Source: an uncultured virus (IMG/VR IMGVR_UViG_3300031951_000036) (lineage: Duplodnaviria > Heunggongvirae > Uroviricota > Caudoviricetes). Taken from it: a stretch of 20,000 nt of DNA. Positions within the stretch are counted from its first letter, which is position 1. Every line of letters starts with the position of its first letter. Where the stretch lies: the IMG/VR virus record IMGVR_UViG_3300031951_000036; one strand, written 5' to 3'. Made by a program: the position numbers and the translations under genes. Under the pieces are notes generated by a model. The model worked only from the letters and a program-made list of their open reading frames with translations. It was not told where the DNA came from and searched no databases. Positions 8,578 to 15,916 of the stretch are shown piece after piece.

Positions 8578-9688
8578 GACTCTTGAACATATTGTAGTAC
8601 TTGTGGTACATGGCCTTGCGGTTCATTTCCCAAGTACGCTGCATTTCACGGTAACCAGGTGTGTTAACAAACGAGAGTGCGTTATTGCGCGCAGCACGCA
8701 GCCGTTGTTCTACCAACTGCAGGTAGTTTACCACATTCTCTCCAGCCATCATAAGGTTTTCATAAATGCGCTGTTTTAACGCATACTCATAAAACTCATC
8801 AGCCAAAGGGTGACTCATGACTAGCAGGTTTCCTTCATCATCCTCCATTAAACTTTGGTAGTTGATATAGATCACACCTTCATTGAAGTTAGTGACCAAA
8901 AAACCATTCTTTAAATAGGCAGCAAGAGCTGAGCGACTTTGCAGATTCATGCACTCAGAACTGACGCTTTTGCTTTTATCAATGCGCATTTGCACCAGCT
9001 TCTTAGATTCATACCTACGGCCTTGTGTATTGTAGGTTACCTTAGGAATGTGATAGAACGGGTCGTTCACCATTTCTGCAGGGCATCCTCCAGACTGTAT
9101 CTGAGTGACTGTGGTAGTAGGTGTATCAGGTACGCCAATGATCACAAAACGCACGTTTTCTTGCAAGGGCGCCTGGGATACAATGTTTACCTGGTCTGGA
9201 TTAGGTCTTTGAACTTCAAAGCTTAACAGTGTGCCATCTGTTGCATACGCTTCAATCACCAGGTTAGTGGTATTCAGACTATGGGTAATAGTAGTAACAC
9301 CGGTAGGTACATCCAGCACAGTGGTAAAATTTCCCAGACTATTGTTCAGGTAATATTGCTGAGCCAGGTAAATTCCTTCCAGCACCCCTTCTGTCTTTCC
9401 CTCTGTATAAGTCTTATCGTCCTCTGTAGAAGATTCATAATGGTCTTCACAAACCAAAGCAAAATTCAATACATAAAAATCAGGTGGTAACTTGGCTTTA
9501 CCATTTACCACCTGCAACACTTTAGAACGCGAGGGGTTTACCTTCAGACCCAATTCATAGTTGACACGAATGGCCACCTTGATCAATTGCTGTGGGTCAA
9601 TCATTCCCTCCAGGTCATGGGTCTTCAGGTCCAGCTTCACACTGTCCATCAGTTCGTCAAAGGTTCTGTATTGGGTTTCAGTTAGCAT
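8567..9688 (-). CDS. Putative tail tubular / ring protein, 373 aa, with a probable inserted small beta domain
   Basis: Lies just upstream of the stabilisation gene, as in crAss-like phages. N-terminal helical segment plus GKAKLPPDF, and C-terminal YLKNGFLVTNFNEGVIYINY ... DDEGNLLV ... YEYALK, resemble crAss-like ring/tubular proteins (recall, not searched). Confidence 0.65.
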   Translation of the reverse strand: MLTETQYRTFDELMDSVKLDLKTHDLEGMIDPQQLIKVAIRVNYELGLKVNPSRSKVLQVVNGKAKLPPDFYVLNFALVCEDHYESSTEDDKTYTEGKTEGVLEGIYLAQQYYLNNSLGNFTTVLDVPTGVTTITHSLNTTNLVIEAYATDGTLLSFEVQRPNPDQVNIVSQAPLQENVRFVIIGVPDTPTTTVTQIQSGGCPAEMVNDPFYHIPKVTYNTQGRRYESKKLVQMRIDKSKSVSSECMNLQSRSALAAYLKNGFLVTNFNEGVIYINYQSLMEDDEGNLLVMSHPLADEFYEYALKQRIYENLMMAGENVVNYLQLVEQRLRAARNNALSFVNTPGYREMQRTWEMNRKAMYHKYYNMFKSHDV

Positions 9689-9699
9689 AGGGTCACGGA

Positions 9700-10374
9700 T
9701 TAGGCACGTTCAATGTGTTTGTTGTCAGAACCTGGGTCCTGAGGAATTTGGAGAAATAACCCCATATCTTTAGAAAGCAGTGATTCAATCTCTGCAAACA
9801 TGTATTCAGGAATGTGCATAGCCTTATCCTGAACATACTGGCAGTCATCTGACGGGTCACAGTTATAGTTTGACACATCACCCTCAAAAACACCTTCCAA
9901 ACGCACCGCATCCCAATCCATATTGGGAAAGTATAAGTACCCGTTCAGGTACCAGTAGTATTTTTTCTTGTTGTACTTGAAGGTCTTTTGACGGCTCATC
10001 TGCTCAAAGCTCTGTGGATAAGTAGGCGTTACCTCTTCTGAGAGGTCGATTGAGCTGACACTGCGTAGCAGCGGTCCCCAGTATCCTTCCATCATGGCAG
10101 GAACTTTATCCTTGGTGCGCTTAAAGTAACACCCGGTGTGCACCCCATGACACTCGGCCTGGGCACGATCCACATCAATCAGCTCTACGTAATCCAGCGT
10201 CTGAAACACACTGTTGAACTTCATGAGTTTGTTCAGGTTGTCCTGGCGACGCATCAGCAGCTTGGCATGCTTCATCACCATGGAATAGATGAAACGATCA
10301 GTCATAAAGGCATCCTGTTTGGTAGCCTTATACTGATTGCGCACCCTTGCTATTACTTCACCAATAGTTACCAT
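9700..10374 (-). CDS. Putative virion ring/adaptor protein, 224 aa
   Basis: Coupled to the IHF-like gene (TAATG at 10372-10376). MVTIGEVIARVR ... DRFIY N-terminus and YYWYLNGYLYF ... VRLEGVFE core resemble crAss-like neck/tail ring proteins; supported by synteny. Confidence 0.6.
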   Translation of the reverse strand: MVTIGEVIARVRNQYKATKQDAFMTDRFIYSMVMKHAKLLMRRQDNLNKLMKFNSVFQTLDYVELIDVDRAQAECHGVHTGCYFKRTKDKVPAMMEGYWGPLLRSVSSIDLSEEVTPTYPQSFEQMSRQKTFKYNKKKYYWYLNGYLYFPNMDWDAVRLEGVFEGDVSNYNCDPSDDCQYVQDKAMHIPEYMFAEIESLLSKDMGLFLQIPQDPGSDNKHIERA

Positions 10375-10955
10375 TATAAGTCAAATTCGTTATACGTTTC
10401 AAGTGACAGCTGCGTCTGCTCAGCTTTGTACATCTGCGCTGCACTGGCTTTGTATATGTAGCTGATCTTCTTAGAAGGATCCACCATCACATACTGCTTC
10501 CACTTCTGAGGATAGGTTTTGCCCACCTCGCGTTTGAAAGCCCTGGTAGGATTGAAAGCCCATAACTCGTGGTGCTTGAAACGGTACTTGCTGCCAAACG
10601 TGGTGTAAAAGATCTTTGCCAGGTAGTTATCACTTTCCCAGTTACGATGTTGTATCACCTTCAGGTAATCAGCGCTCAGCTTGAAGTCTACATTTTTAGA
10701 CTTCTTGGGTGGACATGTTCCTATGAATATGTGACCCAACTGGTTGGGAAGCTCCACCCCATCACGCACCTCTATGGCAGTTTGCCACAGGATACCGTTA
10801 AAGGTCTGGATGACTTCCTTGATTTCCTTGTCATTCAGCACGTTGCAGCCAGGTACTTTTTCCCGTAGCTGCTTGATAAATGCCGCATTCATAATGCCCG
10901 TTGCAGTTTTCCTAAACCTAGGAGCGTGCAAATCTGGCTTTTTAGCTGCTTTCAT
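10374..10955 (-). CDS. IHF/HU-like DNA-binding protein (crAss-like), 193 aa
   Basis: IKEVIQTFNGILWQTAIEVRDGVELPNQLGHIFI fits the HU/IHF helix-2 / V-x-L-x-x-x-x-G-x-x-x-I pattern. Very basic protein. An IHF-like gene next to the ring/tubular genes is typical of crAss-like phages. Confidence 0.65.
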   Translation of the reverse strand: MKAAKKPDLHAPRFRKTATGIMNAAFIKQLREKVPGCNVLNDKEIKEVIQTFNGILWQTAIEVRDGVELPNQLGHIFIGTCPPKKSKNVDFKLSADYLKVIQHRNWESDNYLAKIFYTTFGSKYRFKHHELWAFNPTRAFKREVGKTYPQKWKQYVMVDPSKKISYIYKASAAQMYKAEQTQLSLETYNEFDL

Positions 10956-10960
10956 ATTCC

Positions 10961-10984
10961 CTACACTAAGAATTTACAAAAAAA
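10961..10984 (-). promoter_or_regulatory. Conserved 24-nt upstream motif, copy 1 (candidate phage promoter): minus-strand TTTTTTTGTAAATTCTTAGTGTAG
   Basis: Intergenic, ending 5 nt before the ATG of the IHF-like gene. 23/24 identical to 18465-18488. Confidence 0.65.
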
Positions 10985-11017
10985 TGAGTAGATATTATAG
11001 AACTGAGGTCTATAAAA

Positions 11018-12331
11018 TCATAACGTGTACACAAACTCACTGATCAAACCTTTACTTCCATCATGCAAATGCAGGATGGCAGAGCGCTTGTTACCCACAT
11101 ACTTGTTATGGTAGTGGTAATAGTCAGAGCTGGTCAGTGCCGGAATGATCCTGGTGACAAAACCATGCTCCTCGTTCTCAGTGACAAACTCCTTGGTCTT
11201 GCGCCCATGGTAATGACCGGTGTACAGCATGCGGTGCTGGGACATTCCCCACTGCTCCGGAAACTCCACGGCAAACACCAGCGGGTTGTTCTTGGCGGAC
11301 ACATCCCCGTGTTCAAAGCACAGCATGTTCTCTCCATACTTCAGCACTTTGCGCTCTGCATATTCAATGTTGAATGTCACTGTAGACCATTCCCTGTATA
11401 CTTGCTTTACGGCATGCAACAGATGAAATGAACTCAGGCGGTCGTGGTTACCTGGTACGAATACCACTTCCACGTTTTGTGAGAAGTGTGACAAGGTTGT
11501 CACGGCTTGACAGATTGCGTCAAAAGCCTTCAGGTAGGCATCGGTAGCGCTCTCAGAATTTTCTACGGGCGTACCCTTGGTGGTGGTTCCCCCAAAGGTA
11601 TCCATATTCAGCGTATCTGGACCAATGACCAGTACTACTTTTTCCAGGAAATAGTTCTTGTGTGCCTTGTCTATGAGGTACTTGACAGCGCTGTTCATGA
11701 TCTCACCCATGTCCTCATTGCCGGTCTTACCAAAGTGCAGGTCCTGCAATGAAAAAACCCCGCAAACCTTTTCCTGTGCTGTAGCATTAAGGAAGTAAGA
11801 TTCCGGGGCTGGCATGGCTGGCAGGTCATAGTTCTCCAGCAGTTCCAGGAAAGAATGTTGCAACTGCTCTGCCTCTGGCTTTTTGCTAACCAGGGCAGAG
11901 ACTTCCCAGCGGTCGCTTTTTTCTTTGTTCCAGTATTGTGAGAGTTTCCACTTACTGGTGTCAATGCCCAGTATGGCAATGATCTCTTCTGCGGTTCTGG
12001 GTTCTACTGACGCAATGCCGGTGATCTTACTGGTACCAGCTTCCAGGTCTTCGTGTATGCTGACACGCTTGCCCAGGTCTTCTGGTGTCTCCGTTGCATC
12101 CAACGCAGATAAGATTTCTTCATCAGTTTTGTGGTAACCTTTTTTACTCAGTTCTTTTTCAACCAGGTCAATGACAACACTGTCAATCTTGTCACCCAGG
12201 CGGGCAACCACTTCCATGACTTTGTCTTTGATTTTGAGGTAATGAGCAGTGGGGATACCGAGTCTGGCAGCTTCAGCTTCCGCTGATTTCTTGCGCTTCA
12301 GACTGTGGTAAACAGCTGAAATAATGGTCAT
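11018..12331 (-). CDS. Calcineurin-like metallophosphoesterase with a ~180-aa N-terminal extension, 437 aa
   Basis: All five MPP motifs in order: QDLHFG, GPDTLNMD, VPGNHD, FEHGD, TGHYH. Confidence 0.88.
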   Translation of the reverse strand: MTIISAVYHSLKRKKSAEAEAARLGIPTAHYLKIKDKVMEVVARLGDKIDSVVIDLVEKELSKKGYHKTDEEILSALDATETPEDLGKRVSIHEDLEAGTSKITGIASVEPRTAEEIIAILGIDTSKWKLSQYWNKEKSDRWEVSALVSKKPEAEQLQHSFLELLENYDLPAMPAPESYFLNATAQEKVCGVFSLQDLHFGKTGNEDMGEIMNSAVKYLIDKAHKNYFLEKVVLVIGPDTLNMDTFGGTTTKGTPVENSESATDAYLKAFDAICQAVTTLSHFSQNVEVVFVPGNHDRLSSFHLLHAVKQVYREWSTVTFNIEYAERKVLKYGENMLCFEHGDVSAKNNPLVFAVEFPEQWGMSQHRMLYTGHYHGRKTKEFVTENEEHGFVTRIIPALTSSDYYHYHNKYVGNKRSAILHLHDGSKGLISEFVYTL

Positions 12332-12361
12332 AGGGCCTTTCAGGATATTGGACTTATGTTA

Positions 12362-12394
12362 CAAAGGTAAATATAAAACTACTTGGTTTACAAC
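12362..12394 (-). promoter_or_regulatory. Bacteroidota housekeeping-sigma-type promoter (-7 TAnnTTTG; weak -33 TTG)
   Basis: Minus-strand TACCTTTG at 12369-12362 matches TAnnTTTG. GTTG lies 21 nt upstream (12394-12391). It sits 30 nt before the phosphoesterase ATG and just after a terminator. Confidence 0.6.
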
Positions 12395-12403
12395 ATTTTG
12401 TGC

Positions 12404-12436
12404 AAAAAGAAACCCCCAGTGACCCAGGGGCTCTCT
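12404..12436 (-). terminator. Putative rho-independent terminator after the fibre/RBP genes
   Basis: Minus strand AGAGAGCCCCTGG-GTCA-CTGGGGGTTTCTTTTT: a GC-rich stem with several G.U pairs followed by a U-rich tail, about 37 nt after the stop at 12473. Confidence 0.6.
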
Positions 12437-12472
12437 CCATTAGTCAGGAAAACCAACAAACCTGATTCATGT

Positions 12473-14302
12473 TTATTTCATCTTGTTGTACTGGCAATTA
12501 AAAAATGAAGCACCAAAGTTTGTAAGGTCATCGGGTAGTTCATGAACCCCCTTATCTCTTGCAGAAAAGTTGAAATTGGTAATATCAGGTCCATAACCTT
12601 TAACGCTTACCAGCTCCATTAACAAATTAGGATTGGTTTTATCATTGCTGTCAACCGCAGCCATGTGTAAAAATTTTCCATGGTGTGGCCATTTTGCGTT
12701 TAATCCACCGCCTACTGTTATATATGCTGGATTTTGGTCTGCTATGGTAGCAGCAGGATTTAATCCAAAACCTTTACCATCTGCTCTAAACAATAAACCG
12801 CTATTTTCAGGCTTAATCTTTCTTGTTCCTGTGGTAACACTTGTGTTCACACTATTTGCAGTTGACGAAGTTGGAACATCCCAACCTGTGAGTATGACAC
12901 CGCCTTGTCGCACTGAAACAGGCGTACCGCCAAACTTATTTGGTGTAAGAGTCATTCCATTAGGTAAGGTAACCCTGCGTCCAAGAGAACTGTCAACCAA
13001 TATGTTATTTGCAAGGTTTGCAAAGCCCATGTCAAGCACAGACATTGTCATGGTGACAGGATCTATAACCAAAACATCTTGAGCCCTGTTATTAAGTATT
13101 ACTGGTCCTTGAAGTTGATTAGTAGGGTGTCCAATAGCAGGTACAATGTATATTTTTAATGTCTCTAGTGCATGGCTAGCCCCGCGAGGTTTCTCAAGAA
13201 ATGCATACAGCCCCTCTAAAGTTTTATAACCATATCCTGAAATGGCATTAGTTGTCAAACCAGGGGCAGAAGACATTTCTCTTAGTGAAAGACCAAACTG
13301 GCTCTGGTCAATGTAAAATATCCTACCTCTTCCTCTGCCAGGAATAATAAAAATCTTACCGCTGGGGTGTGTAATCATGTCACGAACCTGAATATCAAAA
13401 TCCTGATAATTACCTCCAGGTACTGCATAAGGGTGTGTTACACCATCTAAATTTGCAGTATCATAGGAAATATTACCTGATGCGTCAACCCATGACCCCG
13501 ATTGATCTGTTCCACCTGACATCCCTCCTGTTGAAGGATTAAAATTTGGCTGAAACATAAAAGATACATTTGCCTTAGTAAAAAAGCTATTCTGTACAAC
13601 ATCCGAATTTGCAAAAGGTGATGTCACAATTCTGAAAGACCTGGTGTTTGAAGCATTAGCGGGATTTCCACTTTTGTAGTTACCAATCACATAAATGTGA
13701 TTATCAGTGCCAAGTGCTAGTCCTGCAATATGTCCAATAGTAAGGCTGGTGTCTGTAGTGGCTTTCAGCGAACTATCAAGTTTCCAGGTGTCTGTTGCAG
13801 GATCAAATATCACCCAATAGGCAGGAAGTCCTCCTATGAATGGTGCAAAATAAATCAACCCATTACTGGCAAGAATGCCAGGGTGAAACCTCATTGCACT
13901 TGCTGTGTTATTTGGTGACCATGATTGACGAGCAAAACGATTGGCATCTTCTGGCATAGAGTTATCTGCAACAATGTATGACCTGGTTGCTTTTTGCCAA
14001 TTACTTGTTTGAAGATTGTTGTTGTTATCCCTCCACCTGGCATTTGTTGTACCGGGTGTAACCTTACGAATAACAAACTCACGGACAACCCCATCTATGG
14101 TAAGCGATCCTCCTGTAAGAATGCTGTACATGGCACCATTGGGTGCAAGAGTAGGCTTTGTGAATAATCCCAAATTACCATAACTTGAATTTACATCAGT
14201 AATTAGCGCCTGCCCCGTTTGGGTGCCATCCTTTGTATCTTTATAGTGCTCTACAAGATTATATCCCCAGGTAGATGCGCTGTGTGTACCTATACTAAGC
14301 AT
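12473..14302 (-). CDS. Beta-propeller-like protein, candidate receptor-binding / fibre-tip protein, 609 aa
   Basis: Repeated blade-like motifs LAPNGAMYSI, LASNGLIYFAP, LGTDNHIYVI, THPSGKIFIIP, TLPNGMTL. Starts 10 nt after the collagen-like fibre gene. Confidence 0.55.
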   Translation of the reverse strand: MLSIGTHSASTWGYNLVEHYKDTKDGTQTGQALITDVNSSYGNLGLFTKPTLAPNGAMYSILTGGSLTIDGVVREFVIRKVTPGTTNARWRDNNNNLQTSNWQKATRSYIVADNSMPEDANRFARQSWSPNNTASAMRFHPGILASNGLIYFAPFIGGLPAYWVIFDPATDTWKLDSSLKATTDTSLTIGHIAGLALGTDNHIYVIGNYKSGNPANASNTRSFRIVTSPFANSDVVQNSFFTKANVSFMFQPNFNPSTGGMSGGTDQSGSWVDASGNISYDTANLDGVTHPYAVPGGNYQDFDIQVRDMITHPSGKIFIIPGRGRGRIFYIDQSQFGLSLREMSSAPGLTTNAISGYGYKTLEGLYAFLEKPRGASHALETLKIYIVPAIGHPTNQLQGPVILNNRAQDVLVIDPVTMTMSVLDMGFANLANNILVDSSLGRRVTLPNGMTLTPNKFGGTPVSVRQGGVILTGWDVPTSSTANSVNTSVTTGTRKIKPENSGLLFRADGKGFGLNPAATIADQNPAYITVGGGLNAKWPHHGKFLHMAAVDSNDKTNPNLLMELVSVKGYGPDITNFNFSARDKGVHELPDDLTNFGASFFNCQYNKMK

Positions 14303-14312
14303 AATCCTCAGT

Positions 14313-15893
14313 TTATATAACCACGTTTGTCAAATCGCCAAATAAGAACCACTCGTTTTGACCAACTCTAAGCAAGGTGCATGCACTATACTGAGTCCTA
14401 AGGTGTTTCATATTGTTAGCGCTCAAAATACTGACTGTATTACCTCCGCTTGTTCCAGCCTCAATCCTTACTTGCGAATTACCTTTTTGAAAAATACTTA
14501 CCTGAAAGTTGACAGGAAAATAAGTAAGGCTTAAATCCCATGGCACAGTTACCTTTCTCGCTGTGGTGTCGTCGTTCATTACAATGAATACACCTTGGTC
14601 AGTAGAACTAGAAACAGTGGCTCCTCCTACAACCGTACCATTTGCTAAAAGTGTCCAGTCAGTTGAATTAACATTTCTTACAGCATTCACACCTGTTGCA
14701 CCGCTTGTTCCATTTTGTCCTGGAGGACCCGCAGGACCCGCAGGACCTGCCGCCCCGTCTGCACCATTTGCACCATTTGCACCTTTTAACAAAAGACCAG
14801 TAGTTGGCCATCCAGCTGCAGTCTTTGGTCCAAACAAAACACCTGTTGCAGTGTTTAGATAATAGTCGCCAACCACACCTCCGGTAGCAGCGCCTGTACC
14901 ACTAAGTATCTTTGAACCATCTGTTCCATTATTACCCTGAGGAATTTGAAAATCATATATGCGATTTTGAGCAGTAGACCCCGCAGCTTCTGTAATCAAA
15001 GGATCTGTGTTAGGCAAACCTGCAGTAACTGAACCTACAGTAATCGTTGCAGCAGTTCCAGCCGGACCGGCAGTTCCAGCAGGGCCTGGTGAGCCTGCAG
15101 GTCCTATTAAATTTACACCAGCAGTAGGCCATGCACTACCAACCTTGGGTCCAAACAACTTATACGTTGTAGTGTTTAAGTAAAAATCACCATTGTTCCC
15201 ATCTGCTGCATTAGGATCTGAACCTCCATACAATATGGACTTTCCAGCAGGTCCCTGAGGTCCAGCAGGACCATTTGTACCAGGAGGGCCAGCTAATTGA
15301 CCTATGTCAACCCATCCACATGCATCTGCACTTGAACTAGTGGGATTATAAATATATATTTTACCATTTACACCTGTAGCTTCATCTATTAGCATAATGG
15401 CTGTGTTCAAAGCAGGTGTAACCCCGTTGCCAGCAGCACATGTTCCTCCATATTGAGCAATCATGTCATTATATACAGGAACAAAACCTTCTGGGTTTAC
15501 AGACTGTCCAGGAGGGCCTGTTTCTCCCTGAGGACCTACCGCTCCCGAAGCGCTAATAATAATCTCTTGCCCTGGTTGATACACCGTTACAGGTGTACTA
15601 GAACCATTAATTGAAATTGTACCATCATCCGCAGGTTTCAAAATGAAGTAACCTCCACCTCCACCACCGCCTGTGCCACCACCGCCTGCAGAAATAGATT
15701 GCAATATTTCAGTGAGATCATCACCAACTGCAGCCATTCCTGGGAGAGCTGGTCCATCGTATCTTACACAAGAAGTGTTTATAATTTCAGCACAAGGTTC
15801 TCCCTCCGTGCATGCAGGAGGAGCAGGAGGTGTTACAGGATTTGTTGTTGGCTCCTGAGAACATCCACAATTTGAAGGGTCTTCTGGGTACAT
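14313..15893 (-). CDS. Collagen-like tail fibre protein, 526 aa
   Basis: Several Gly-X-Y tracts (e.g. GPPGTNGPAGPQGPAG, GANGANGADGAAGPAGPAGPPGQNGTSG) interrupted by two GD(F/Y)YLNTxTxxLFGPK...WPT modules. C-terminal IFQKGNSQVRI ... LRTQYSACTL ... NEWFLFGDL domain, of a type seen at phage fibre ends. Confidence 0.8.
   Translation of the reverse strand: MYPEDPSNCGCSQEPTTNPVTPPAPPACTEGEPCAEIINTSCVRYDGPALPGMAAVGDDLTEILQSISAGGGGTGGGGGGGYFILKPADDGTISINGSSTPVTVYQPGQEIIISASGAVGPQGETGPPGQSVNPEGFVPVYNDMIAQYGGTCAAGNGVTPALNTAIMLIDEATGVNGKIYIYNPTSSSADACGWVDIGQLAGPPGTNGPAGPQGPAGKSILYGGSDPNAADGNNGDFYLNTTTYKLFGPKVGSAWPTAGVNLIGPAGSPGPAGTAGPAGTAATITVGSVTAGLPNTDPLITEAAGSTAQNRIYDFQIPQGNNGTDGSKILSGTGAATGGVVGDYYLNTATGVLFGPKTAAGWPTTGLLLKGANGANGADGAAGPAGPAGPPGQNGTSGATGVNAVRNVNSTDWTLLANGTVVGGATVSSSTDQGVFIVMNDDTTARKVTVPWDLSLTYFPVNFQVSIFQKGNSQVRIEAGTSGGNTVSILSANNMKHLRTQYSACTLLRVGQNEWFLFGDLTNVVI
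14781..15245 (-). repeat. Two copies of a ~46-aa inter-collagen module (about 15102-15245 and 14781-14918)
   Basis: GKSILYGGSDPNAADGNNGDFYLNTTTYKLFGPKVGSAWPTAGVNLIG versus GSKILSGTGAATGGVVGDYYLNTATGVLFGPKTAAGWPTTGLLLKG. Confidence 0.85.
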
Positions 15894-15916
15894 ATCTTAA
15901 GTAATATTTTTAATGG

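Noticed and set aside
14725..14783. Short 9-nt tandem repeats (GGACCCGCA, TGCACCATT)
   Set aside because: Explained by collagen GPA/GAN codons. They are not a CRISPR array or a contingency locus.
14781..15245. Duplicated module in the fibre as a possible DGR template/variable repeat or inversion system
   Set aside because: The copies are diverged at all base types with indels, both are in-frame coding, and no reverse transcriptase or invertase lies in the window.
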